A stretch of DNA of 64,000 nucleotides. Source: Acidobacteriota bacterium. GTDB taxonomy: Bacteria; Acidobacteriota; UBA890; WLXD01. Under the pieces are notes generated by a model, which worked only from the letters and a program-made list of their open reading frames with translations, searched no databases and was not told the origin of the DNA. Position 1 is the first letter of the stretch. The number at the start of each line of letters is the position of its first letter. The stretch is taken from contig CBDFKD010000002.1 of the NCBI GenBank assembly GCA_965248695.1, forward strand, positions 640,001 to 704,000, given 5' to 3'. Positions 50,181 to 58,727 of the stretch are shown here, in pieces. The translations under genes and the position numbers were made by a program.

Positions 50181-51569
50181 ATGATAGAAGCGAACGGCAT
50201 CCCAGAGTTCGTGACAGCCCGTCGCGAGGAGTGGCTCGCCGAGCTCAGCGAGTTTCTTCGCATCCCCAGCGTATCGACCGATCGGGCGCGCGATGGCGAC
50301 GTGCGCGCCGCGGCCGACTGGCTCGCTGAGCACCTCGCCGCCGCTGGATCGACCGAGGTGGAGGTTTGGGAGACCGCCGGCCATCCGGTGGTATACGGCG
50401 CCTGGCGAGGCGCCGCGGGGGCACCGACTGTGCTCGTGTACGGGCACTACGACGTACAGCCGGCCGAGCCTCTCGAGGAATGGACCAGCCCGCCGTTCGA
50501 CCCCGTGATACGCGACAACAAGATCGTCGGGCGCGGAACCGCCGACGACAAGGGTCAGCTCTACGTCCACGTCAAGGCGCTGCAGGCCTGGCTCGAGACT
50601 CAGGGGAGCTGCCCGGTAAACGTCGTCCACCTGATCGAAGGCGAGGAGGAGGTCGGATCGCCAAACGTCGACGCTGTGGTGCGCGAGCGCATCGAGCAAC
50701 TTCGATGTGACGCCGTCATGGTCTCTGACACCACCATGTTTGCTCCTGGTCTGCCCACCCTGTGCAACGGGCTGCGCGGGCTGGCGTACCTGCAGATAGA
50801 CCTTCGGGGACCGAACCGCGACCTGCATTCGGGCATGTTCGGCGGGGCCGTAGTCAACCCGGCCGAGACACTGGCGCAGATGCTGGCCACCTGCCGCGAC
50901 GAGCGCGGGCGCGTGACCATACCGGGCTTTTATGACGACGTCGCCGAAGTTCCGGCCGACGAGCGCGCCGACTGGGCGACGCTGCCGTTCGACAACGAAG
51001 CCTACGTCTCCGGGCTGGACGTCGATGCATTGCTCGACAGCGGCGGCTTCAGCATCCTGGAATCGCTCTGGGCTCGCCCGAGCTTCGACGTCAACGGGCT
51101 GCTGTCGGGATTTACCGGTGAAGGTAGCAAGACGGTGCTGCCGGCGACCGCGATGGCGAAGGTGTCGATGCGGCTGGTGGCCGATCAGGACCCCGGCAAG
51201 ATCGCCGACGCATTCGAGGCCTACATGCGAGAGATCGCCCCTCCGGGCGTGAAGCTACAGATCACCCGGATGCACGGCGGAACGCCCTGGTCGGCGCCGC
51301 GCGAGCACCCGATCCTGCAGGCCGCAGCGCGGGCGCTGGAGCGCGGGTTCGGCGCCGAGACCGTGTTCGTGCGCGAGGGAGGGTCGATTCCTCTGATCGC
51401 GACGCTCGAGGAGCTCTTCCAGGTGCCCACCGTGATGATGGGACTGGGTCTGCCGGACGAGAACGCGCATGGTCCCGACGAGAACCTGGACCTCGACAAT
51501 TTCTTCTCCGGCATCGTCAGCTCGGCCTATTTCTATGAGGAGCTCGCTAAGTGCGGGCGCCAGGAGTAG
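50181..51569 (+). CDS. M20 dipeptidase
   Basis: YGHYDVQP, GRGTADDKG, EGEEE, DLHSG, GGSIP, HGPDE. Confidence 0.94.
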   Translation: MIEANGIPEFVTARREEWLAELSEFLRIPSVSTDRARDGDVRAAADWLAEHLAAAGSTEVEVWETAGHPVVYGAWRGAAGAPTVLVYGHYDVQPAEPLEEWTSPPFDPVIRDNKIVGRGTADDKGQLYVHVKALQAWLETQGSCPVNVVHLIEGEEEVGSPNVDAVVRERIEQLRCDAVMVSDTTMFAPGLPTLCNGLRGLAYLQIDLRGPNRDLHSGMFGGAVVNPAETLAQMLATCRDERGRVTIPGFYDDVAEVPADERADWATLPFDNEAYVSGLDVDALLDSGGFSILESLWARPSFDVNGLLSGFTGEGSKTVLPATAMAKVSMRLVADQDPGKIADAFEAYMREIAPPGVKLQITRMHGGTPWSAPREHPILQAAARALERGFGAETVFVREGGSIPLIATLEELFQVPTVMMGLGLPDENAHGPDENLDLDNFFSGIVSSAYFYEELAKCGRQE

Positions 51570-51577
51570 ACGGGCGG

Positions 51578-51970
51578 ATGAAGCGCAAAGACTTCCTGCA
51601 GCGCATGCGCAGCCGACGCCGCCGCGACGAGCTGGAGTTGCGCGAACCGGAGCGGCGAAGAGCCATCGACTGGCGAACGCTGCGCGTCGAGCTGCCGGCG
51701 GCGGGAGACCCCGACGGCCAGCAAGCGCTGTCCATCGGAACGATCGAGCTGCTCGCGGAGGGCATCCGGCTGCATCCGACCGATCCGTGCTGGGTGCGGG
51801 GATATCGCGTCTGGGGTGACGACGAGGGACAGGGGCGGGCCGAGTTCCAGTACCGTCCGGTCGCTGCTGATAGCCAACCGCCACCCGGCGCGACCGCACT
51901 GGGCGCCGACGAGGAGTGGTCGCCCACGGCCCCGGATCAAGCGTTGAGGAAGACACCGCTGGGATCTTGA
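51578..51970 (+). CDS. Hypothetical protein
   Basis: ATG 8 bp after the dipeptidase stop; no motif recognised. Confidence 0.5.
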   Translation: MKRKDFLQRMRSRRRRDELELREPERRRAIDWRTLRVELPAAGDPDGQQALSIGTIELLAEGIRLHPTDPCWVRGYRVWGDDEGQGRAEFQYRPVAADSQPPPGATALGADEEWSPTAPDQALRKTPLGS

Positions 51971-52965
51971 TCCGGCGCCAAGTTCCCTGGAATTCGACTG
52001 TAGAGGAATGTCGCGGCGAGACTATCGCGGTCGCTGGGAGCCGCTCGACCAGCGGGATTGAGAATCGACGCCGTCGAGAACGAGACGACGTAGCCGCCCA
52101 GCGAGTGGGCGAACATCCGGTTGAAGAACTCGATCGTCGATTCGACACCACAGGCAACGATTGCCTTGCTGATGTCGAAACCGTTGCTCACCGAGCCGAT
52201 GTGCTCGCTGCTGAATTTTGGGTCAGCACGCTGCACGATCACCAGTCGACCGCGTGGTACTTGCGACAGCCGCGTGGGCGCCGCACCCGGCCTCACCTCG
52301 ATCTGTGGCAGCCCCAGCCGATTGCCGGTAAGGGCGCCGAACAGGGCGAGGATCGAGGTCCGCATCGCGTCGACACGGGCGTCGGTGACGACCTCCTTGT
52401 CGGATCCGACGAGCCCGCGGTAAATCTGCACAACCGGCGGCGCGGTCCAGCGGTTCGTCGCCCCAGGGGTACGCGGCGGCACGCCCTCCTTGACCGGACC
52501 GGCACCGCGCGCGTACTGGTTGATGAACTCCAGTGGCAGCCCGGCATCCTCTTCGAGCAACGTCGGACTGAGGCTGACGTTGCCGGTAACCCGTAGACGT
52601 CCAACCCGTTTGTGATGCCCGCCGCCGTTGAGCTCGACATCGTAGTCTCCTGACTGCTTTACGCGGATCTCGAAGTTGCCGCGGGCGTCGGCCTGGACGG
52701 GCTTGAACCCGGCCAGCTTGATGACCCCCTCGGTCACCACATCGCCGTCGAGCAAGCCGGTGAGCTGTCCACTCACCGTTCCTCCTTGCTGCAACAGCCC
52801 CGGGCTGGAGCCAAGGTCGACCAGGTCGTCTGCGGGCCGCTGTTTGCAGCCCGCGAAGCCCAATCCGAGGGCCCCTGCTCCCACCATGCCTGCCCGCCGT
52901 AGCATGTCTCGGCGGGTCATCTCCTCCTGGCTGTGCCGGAGATCCTTCGTCGTTCGCTCGGTCAT
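51937..52965 (-). CDS. Tat-exported lipoprotein with carboxypeptidase-regulatory-like and degenerate metzincin-like domains
   Basis: TRRDMLRR twin-arginine, FAGC lipobox; RMFAHSLG / SILNP / DRD...LY. Confidence 0.6.
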   Translation of the reverse strand: MTERTTKDLRHSQEEMTRRDMLRRAGMVGAGALGLGFAGCKQRPADDLVDLGSSPGLLQQGGTVSGQLTGLLDGDVVTEGVIKLAGFKPVQADARGNFEIRVKQSGDYDVELNGGGHHKRVGRLRVTGNVSLSPTLLEEDAGLPLEFINQYARGAGPVKEGVPPRTPGATNRWTAPPVVQIYRGLVGSDKEVVTDARVDAMRTSILALFGALTGNRLGLPQIEVRPGAAPTRLSQVPRGRLVIVQRADPKFSSEHIGSVSNGFDISKAIVACGVESTIEFFNRMFAHSLGGYVVSFSTASILNPAGRAAPSDRDSLAATFLYSRIPGNLAPDQDPSGVFLNA

Positions 52966-53339
52966 GGGTTGTGCATCGCCTTGCGGATCCGGTGACCCTT
53001 CTTGGGGAGGCTGAGCTCGGAGTTTCTGTAACGGCCAAACCCTTCGTTGTACAGCGGCTTGTACCGACGAATCTCATCCTCAGCGGCAGCCTCGGCCGCC
53101 GACGCCTCGTCGATCAACGAGTACTCGAGACGCGAGATACCGACCACCGGTGCGGCGCCGCAAAGCTCGCGCACAACATCACGTAGCCCCTGATCTCCCG
53201 CGTGTCCGATATACATGACTCGTTGCCCGGAAGATCGCAGGCGGAATACCGCCGGCGTCTCCGGGAGGCCGTCGATGACTCCCGGCGTTAGCTCGAGAAT
53301 GCCAGAGTCGAGGGGAGATTCGCTGGAAGGATAGCTCAC
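52962..53339 (-). CDS. Stand-alone GIY-YIG (UvrC N-terminal-like) protein
   Basis: LPETPAVFRL...MYIGHA...EDEIRRYKPLYN. Confidence 0.7.
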   Translation of the reverse strand: MSYPSSESPLDSGILELTPGVIDGLPETPAVFRLRSSGQRVMYIGHAGDQGLRDVVRELCGAAPVVGISRLEYSLIDEASAAEAAAEDEIRRYKPLYNEGFGRYRNSELSLPKKGHRIRKAMHNP

Positions 53340-53520
53340 GGACCAGGACTCCTCACACTCGCGGAACGGCGGGGAACGTCATACGGCCGGCTCGCCACCG
53401 AGCAGCGGCACCTGTGTTTTACCTCGACGGCCAACAGCGGGCAAGAAACACGCTCCGGCGTCACCTCCTCGAGTCGATGCGCCGAACACGGCGAATCGAG
53501 TTGCCGCGCTTCCCTCACAG

Positions 53521-54546
53521 ATGCGACGATTGAGGATCATCTCGCCCTTGCCCCTCGTTTCCCGACCCGACCAGGATACGCCCGTGTCGCTCTCGCGTCG
53601 CGCATTCCGCCAAACACGCCGCGTGCCGACCTTGGTGGTGGCCGCCTTGCTGCCGGCGTCTCTGGCGCTGGCAGTTCCGGAGGCCGACAACGAGCCCCGG
53701 AGCTTGGTGCGCGGTGGCGACTTCGAGCAGCAGGCGGTGAGCCTCCGCTTGCCGTCGGTAAGCCCCTTCCCGCTGGTAGCGGGAGGATGGGGTGCCCGGG
53801 CGGTGCAGCCGCAGCATGTCAGGTCGTCGACGCGCGACGCCTATCGTGGCGACCGGGCATTACAGATCATCAGCCCCGCGGCGACACCTGCCTATGTGAT
53901 CCAGGACGTGCCAGTGGCCACGCGTGCGTTCGTCTTCGAGATTGCGGTCAGGCTCGTGCGAGGTCAGCAATCGATCGCGTTTCTGAGCGCCTGGGACCGA
54001 ATGGACCCGGCAGCGCCGGCTGCGTTGCGCATCGACCTGCAGGCCGATGGTCTCCGTATCCGCGGCGGCGACGACGACTGGGTTGTCGAAGCACCGATGT
54101 CGCCCGACGGCTGGCACCACCTGGTCCTGGAGTCCGACCCGCGCACCGAACAACTGGGCATTCGCGTCGACGGCACCCTGGTGGCTTCGCTGCCGGCGGT
54201 GCCGGTGGCCGCTCCGCAGACACTTGTCCTCGGCGGCAATCCGGCACGCGGCGTCAGCCGAGCCCGGTATGACGAGGCAAGGCTGCTTCGATTGGCCGAG
54301 CTCGAGCTTGCCGCGCTCCGCCGATCCGTTCTCCGAAGCGTGCCCGGCGCGCAGGTGGACTACCTGATGAAACGCCTGGACGACGCTGCCTGGGCACTGT
54401 CGACCGGCGCCGACAGCTTTGCCGCACCGGAGCTACGTGCAGCGTCGCGGATGCTAACGCGAATCGCAGTGGACGATATCGGAGCCGATCTTGGCGACGT
54501 GATCGCGTCAACCGACGCGCTGATCGATCTGGTCTCGGCGCCCTAG
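53521..54546 (+). CDS. Secreted protein with concanavalin/LamG-like domain
   Basis: Signal peptide, GGDFE, DGWHHLVL, VDG; true start probably downstream. Confidence 0.55.
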   Translation: MRRLRIISPLPLVSRPDQDTPVSLSRRAFRQTRRVPTLVVAALLPASLALAVPEADNEPRSLVRGGDFEQQAVSLRLPSVSPFPLVAGGWGARAVQPQHVRSSTRDAYRGDRALQIISPAATPAYVIQDVPVATRAFVFEIAVRLVRGQQSIAFLSAWDRMDPAAPAALRIDLQADGLRIRGGDDDWVVEAPMSPDGWHHLVLESDPRTEQLGIRVDGTLVASLPAVPVAAPQTLVLGGNPARGVSRARYDEARLLRLAELELAALRRSVLRSVPGAQVDYLMKRLDDAAWALSTGADSFAAPELRAASRMLTRIAVDDIGADLGDVIASTDALIDLVSAP

Positions 54547-54583
54547 TTCCCGGCCCGGCACTCATCGGCCCGCAACAGGAACG

Positions 54584-54608
54584 CTAGTGGCCTGTTACAG
54601 GCCACTAG
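54584..54608. repeat. Minimal CTAG-bounded palindrome
   Basis: CTAGTGGCCTGT-T-ACAGGCCACTAG; same end as 9232-9248; includes the mrp stop codon. Confidence 0.85.
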
Positions 54609-55813
54609 TTAATCGCCGTTTCGCCGTCGCCCTTCAGCTCCAACACCGCGTCTATCACGTTCTGCGCTAAGGCACGAAAGGTCTTGGCGACGTCGCTTTC
54701 CGGATGCTCGACGACGTAGGGCGTACCTGCATCGCCGGCGATGGCTATCTGCGGATCCAGAGGCAGCGCGCCCAGGAACGGTACCCCGAGCTCCTCAGCC
54801 GTTCGACGCCCACCGTCACTGCTGAACACGTGCGTACGATGGCCGCATTCCGGACACGTGAAGACCGACATGTTCTCTACCAGTCCGAGCACCGGCACGT
54901 CGACCTCCTGGAACATGCGCAAACCCTTGCGGGCGTCGATCAGCGCTACGTCCTGGGGCGTGGTGACGATCACGGCTCCGTCCAGAGGCGCCGACTGCGT
55001 CAGTGTCAGCTGCGCATCGCCGGTACCGGGAGGCAGGTCGATCACCAGCGTCTCACAACCCCGCCAATCCACGTCGCGAAGGAACTGCCGCACCGCCTTC
55101 ATCACGATCGGGCCGCGCCAGATTACCGGATCGTCCTCCGGCTGCAGAAAACCGAGCGACATCAGCTTCATGCCGAATTTGTCGACCGGCACCATGACGC
55201 GCTTACCGTCGAGATCGATGATCTTCGGCTGCTCGTGGGTGCCGAGCATTGTCGGCACCGAGGGACCGTAGATGTCGGCATCCATCAGACCGACGTGCTG
55301 GCCGAGCTGCGCCAGCGCCGCCGACAGATTCACCGCGACGGTCGACTTTCCGACACCGCCTTTCCCGGAGGCCACCGCCACAACGTGCTTCACGCCGCCT
55401 ATCGGACTGCGATCGTAGAGCGCCGCTGGTCGGCCGGCCGCCGGTGGTCCGGCACCGGGCGCCGCAGCTCCGCCGGGGGCCGGGCCAGCAGGAGGGCCGC
55501 TCGCCAAACCGGGGCCAGGTGCAGCCGGACCACCTGGCCCGGCCGGCGCCGCAGGCGCGCCCTTCGACTCCGGTGCGGCGATCTCGAGACTCACACTGTC
55601 GACCCCGTCCAGCGCCATCACTGCATCATGCGAAGCGCGCGCGATCTCCTGCTGGTGAGCCGGCGAGCCGATCGGGATGTTGAGGCGAACCGTTACGCTA
55701 CCACCGTCGATGCGAACTGCCTCGACAAAGCCGAACGACACGATGTCACGCGACAATCCTGGGAAATGCACTGCCGTCAGCGCTTCACGAATACGTTCTT
55801 CATTCAGGGTCAA
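54605..55813 (-). CDS. mrp: Mrp/ApbC Fe-S cluster carrier ATPase
   Basis: SGKGGVGKST, DADIYGPS, IWRGP, DLPPGTGD, ENMS..CPEC; Pro/Gly/Ala-rich linker. Confidence 0.95.
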   Translation of the reverse strand: MTLNEERIREALTAVHFPGLSRDIVSFGFVEAVRIDGGSVTVRLNIPIGSPAHQQEIARASHDAVMALDGVDSVSLEIAAPESKGAPAAPAGPGGPAAPGPGLASGPPAGPAPGGAAAPGAGPPAAGRPAALYDRSPIGGVKHVVAVASGKGGVGKSTVAVNLSAALAQLGQHVGLMDADIYGPSVPTMLGTHEQPKIIDLDGKRVMVPVDKFGMKLMSLGFLQPEDDPVIWRGPIVMKAVRQFLRDVDWRGCETLVIDLPPGTGDAQLTLTQSAPLDGAVIVTTPQDVALIDARKGLRMFQEVDVPVLGLVENMSVFTCPECGHRTHVFSSDGGRRTAEELGVPFLGALPLDPQIAIAGDAGTPYVVEHPESDVAKTFRALAQNVIDAVLELKGDGETAIN

Positions 55814-56159
55814 TTGGCAGAACTCCCTGTCCATCCGGGCGCTGTCGGTCGGTCTTGTGCTCCTGGCATCGACACTCCGTATCTGCGCCAGTCGTTACTC
55901 ACGCACGAAGATAGCGCGATCGTCTCACGGGGACACGCCACTTACCTCAACGCCTCGACGGCGGCGCTCGATGAGTCACGCAAGAAAAGTGGCCGACGAC
56001 CCATTGTCCCCATTTCCGGCAGCGTTTATTCTCCCCCGACTCTTGGCGCTAACAGCCGCTGAGAGACACCGTCATCCAGGGAGCTGGGGTGGCTCCCGTG
56101 CCACGATCTTCAGGGCCTGGCGCGGTCCGCGCGAGCCGGAACATCCGGGAGGCTTGTCG

Positions 56160-56501
56160 ATGTCCTTTGACCTGCTAGCGATGCGGGGTTCCGCAGGTAT
56201 TGTGCCCGACCCGTCCAAGGAAGATTGGACGGACCACGAAGCCTATAGGCAGCTTTACGTGTCAATCATCACGCTCGCTATAAAAGACTATGAGTTCCTA
56301 CGCCGCATAGACGGCCGAGTGAGCCTGTCGCCGTCCGAGCGCAAGAAGCTCCGCGGCCTCACTGAAGATTCGGATCCGGTGGAGTTCTTCAACTCGCGCT
56401 GGTTCGAAGACATCTGCGGCATGATCGGCGTGCATCCGCAGGCCATCCGCGAGCGCCTCGAGATCGAGGAAAACATGCACTTGCTGGTGGCGCTGTCCTA
56501 G
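56160..56501 (+). CDS. Hypothetical 113-aa protein, paralog of 7841-8182
   Basis: GGGAGG RBS; EAYRQLYVSII..AIKDYEFL, PVEFFNSRWFEDICGMIGVHP. Confidence 0.8.
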   Translation: MSFDLLAMRGSAGIVPDPSKEDWTDHEAYRQLYVSIITLAIKDYEFLRRIDGRVSLSPSERKKLRGLTEDSDPVEFFNSRWFEDICGMIGVHPQAIRERLEIEENMHLLVALS

Positions 56502-56631
56502 CAACACCAGCGTAAGCACACTGCAACGGGCCTTCTGGGGCCCCGTTTGCTAGTCCGGGAACCGGTGACAAGTCGCTCAACGAACCCCACCATGCGCAGG
56601 GGGTTCTCCAGTGATGCGCGGAGGTAATACC

Positions 56632-57205
56632 ATGCTCGAACGTTTCCGTCCCCTGTTGGTGGTCGTGCTCGCAACCGGGTTCTTGTTGGCACCTGCCACA
56701 ACGGCCTCGCCGCAGGAACAGTACGGGTTCACTGGCGAATGGGGACAGATCACCATGCACGCAAGCGAGTTGCGGGCCCCAGGGGATCGAATGGCCGACG
56801 ATAAGCTCTAGGTCCGCTGCCGCCGGGCCAGTCGCCGTGTTCATCATCGGGGCAAGAGATTTCGGCGAACCTAACGATGACGTCGGATTCCAGTCGTATA
56901 CCCCCTTTGAGAATTCTTTCTTCTTCGGGCCCAAGGACGTCTATATCGTCGTGATCGTCGGCAACCTCGGGACCTCTACAGTAACCGGAACAGTGACGCT
57001 CAAGGTTAAAGGACCAGTGAAGGACTCTGGCTCTTTAGACATTACGTTGGACGGTGAGTCTGGGAAGGTAATCTTTTTGAAGCTAAACGTTCCCGATAGG
57101 TCGGGCCTTTACAAGCTGACCGGAAAGCTCAAAGCCAGTGCGGGCGGCGCGAAGACGGCCAAGGGCGCCTTCGGGATCACTTCGAGTGCCATCAACCGCC
57201 AGTAG
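56632..57205 (+). pseudogene. Secreted protein split by a frameshift near 56808
   Basis: Signal-peptide ORF stops at TAG 56809-56811; the next frame (LGPLPPGPVAVFIIG...) runs to 57205. Confidence 0.6.
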
Positions 57206-57265
57206 CAGACCGGTAGATACGGGGACCAGAATGCCTCGCGATTCGAGGTTGGTTAGGCGGAGGTA

Positions 57266-57297
57266 TTGACGTCACAGACATTTGTCTGTTTTAGTAG
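57266..57297 (+). promoter_or_regulatory. lexA promoter with a palindromic operator
   Basis: TTGACG at 57266; ACAGACA-TT-TGTCTGT at 57274-57289 in the spacer; -10 weak. Confidence 0.7.
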
Positions 57298-57327
57298 TAG
57301 TGCTCGCCCACCGACAAGGAGCACTAC

Positions 57328-58044
57328 ATGACGCCCAAGACCCCTCCGGGGCAGACACGAGAGCGCGTTTACCGCTTCGTTCGTGACCGCTTGCTGGCCG
57401 GCAACCCGCCGACGATCCGCGAAGTTCAAGCGGCCTTCGGCTTCAAGGCGGTGGAGTCGGCTCGCGCCCATCTCAACGTCCTGGTGCAGATGGGGCAGCT
57501 GGTCAAGGACGGCGGCAAGGCGCGGGGGTATCGCCTTCCCGACTCCCCGGCCCACGCGGAGCCGCCGGTGCAGGTGCCATTGCTGGGGCGTGTTCCCGCC
57601 GGCCCGCTGAGCGAGGCGATCGAGGATATCGAGTCGTACCTGCCGGTGCGCCCGAAGTTTCGTGGCGCCGAGCTCTTCGCGTTGCGTGTCGAGGGCGACT
57701 CGATGCGCGATGCCGGCATCCTCGACGGTGACGTGGTGATCGTTCAGCGCCAGCCGACCGCTAACCCGGGCGACATCGTGGTGGCAATGATCGGCGACGA
57801 AGCAACTGTCAAGACTCTCTACGTCGAGGGGCGACGCGTCGAGTTACGCCCGCAGAACCCGGAGTATGCGCCGATCGTCCCCGATCCGACCGAGCTCCGG
57901 GTGCTGGGCAAGGTGCTCGAGGTGCGGCGTCACTTGGACGAGAACCCCTTCCGGGCCGCGTTGGCCAGGCGCCATGCCCAGGCCTCTGGTGCCGAACGCG
58001 CTTCTGGTGGACATGTCTCTAGTGGACACACTGCGGGTGCATGA
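57328..58044 (+). CDS. lexA: LexA repressor
   Basis: PPTIRE HTH, GRVPAG cleavage site, VEGDSM (Ser), EATVK (Lys). Confidence 0.95.
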   Translation: MTPKTPPGQTRERVYRFVRDRLLAGNPPTIREVQAAFGFKAVESARAHLNVLVQMGQLVKDGGKARGYRLPDSPAHAEPPVQVPLLGRVPAGPLSEAIEDIESYLPVRPKFRGAELFALRVEGDSMRDAGILDGDVVIVQRQPTANPGDIVVAMIGDEATVKTLYVEGRRVELRPQNPEYAPIVPDPTELRVLGKVLEVRRHLDENPFRAALARRHAQASGAERASGGHVSSGHTAGA

Positions 58045-58724
58045 CGTCGATGTCCGCCCTCACTTTGCCTGTTCTACCTGGTGTCGTACGCGCCGTCCGG
58101 CTCGGCGCCGGTGCGCCCATTGCGCCGGCTGCGGCAAGTTGGAGCTTGCAGGAGCTACGTGGCCGGCTGGTGGAGATCTCTGGCGTAGGCGATAGCGCCT
58201 GTCTGACTCTCGCCTTCTCCGTCGTGCTCGATGCCCAGCATCAACACGAGACCGTTGCCTGGGTAACCCGTACCGAAAGCTGCTTTTTTCCCCTCGACGC
58301 CTGGGCTAGCGGCGCCGATTTACAGGCGCTGGCGGTGATCCGCCTGCCCGACGACCGGGCCATCGTGCGCGCCACCGATCGATTGGCACGCTCCGGCGGG
58401 TTCGGCTTGATCGTCTTCGATCTCGGTTCCCGAAGCGACAAGGCCACTGCTCTGGGCCGGGCTGCTTCGCCTCGAGTGTCTTCTGCCATGCTGGCACGCC
58501 TGCGTAGTCTGGCCCACCGACACGACATGGCGGTGCTGTGCCTGACTCGCAAAAGGACTCAAGACTCATCGCTCGGCTCCATGGTCTCGCTGCGCGCCCA
58601 GGCCCGTCGCGACCGCCTCGAAATCGACCGCTTCACCTGCACGGTGAACGTTCTCAAGGACAAACAGCGCGGTCCCGGCTGGAGACATGACGAAGTGCTT
58701 CGCGGCCCCGACGGCCTGCAATGA
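58041..58724 (+). CDS. imuA: ImuA / RecA-like translesion synthesis accessory protein
   Basis: GRLVEISG without a Walker A Lys, LARSGGFGLIVFD, SLGSMVSLR; lies between lexA and imuB. Confidence 0.82.
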   Translation: MTSMSALTLPVLPGVVRAVRLGAGAPIAPAAASWSLQELRGRLVEISGVGDSACLTLAFSVVLDAQHQHETVAWVTRTESCFFPLDAWASGADLQALAVIRLPDDRAIVRATDRLARSGGFGLIVFDLGSRSDKATALGRAASPRVSSAMLARLRSLAHRHDMAVLCLTRKRTQDSSLGSMVSLRAQARRDRLEIDRFTCTVNVLKDKQRGPGWRHDEVLRGPDGLQ

Positions 58725-58727
58725 GTC

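Noticed and set aside
55430-55560. GC-rich quasi-repeats inside mrp
   Set aside because: They encode a low-complexity Pro/Gly/Ala linker; not a discrete element.
56809-56811. Pyrrolysine or amber readthrough
   Set aside because: The downstream coding region is in a different frame, so readthrough would not join them.
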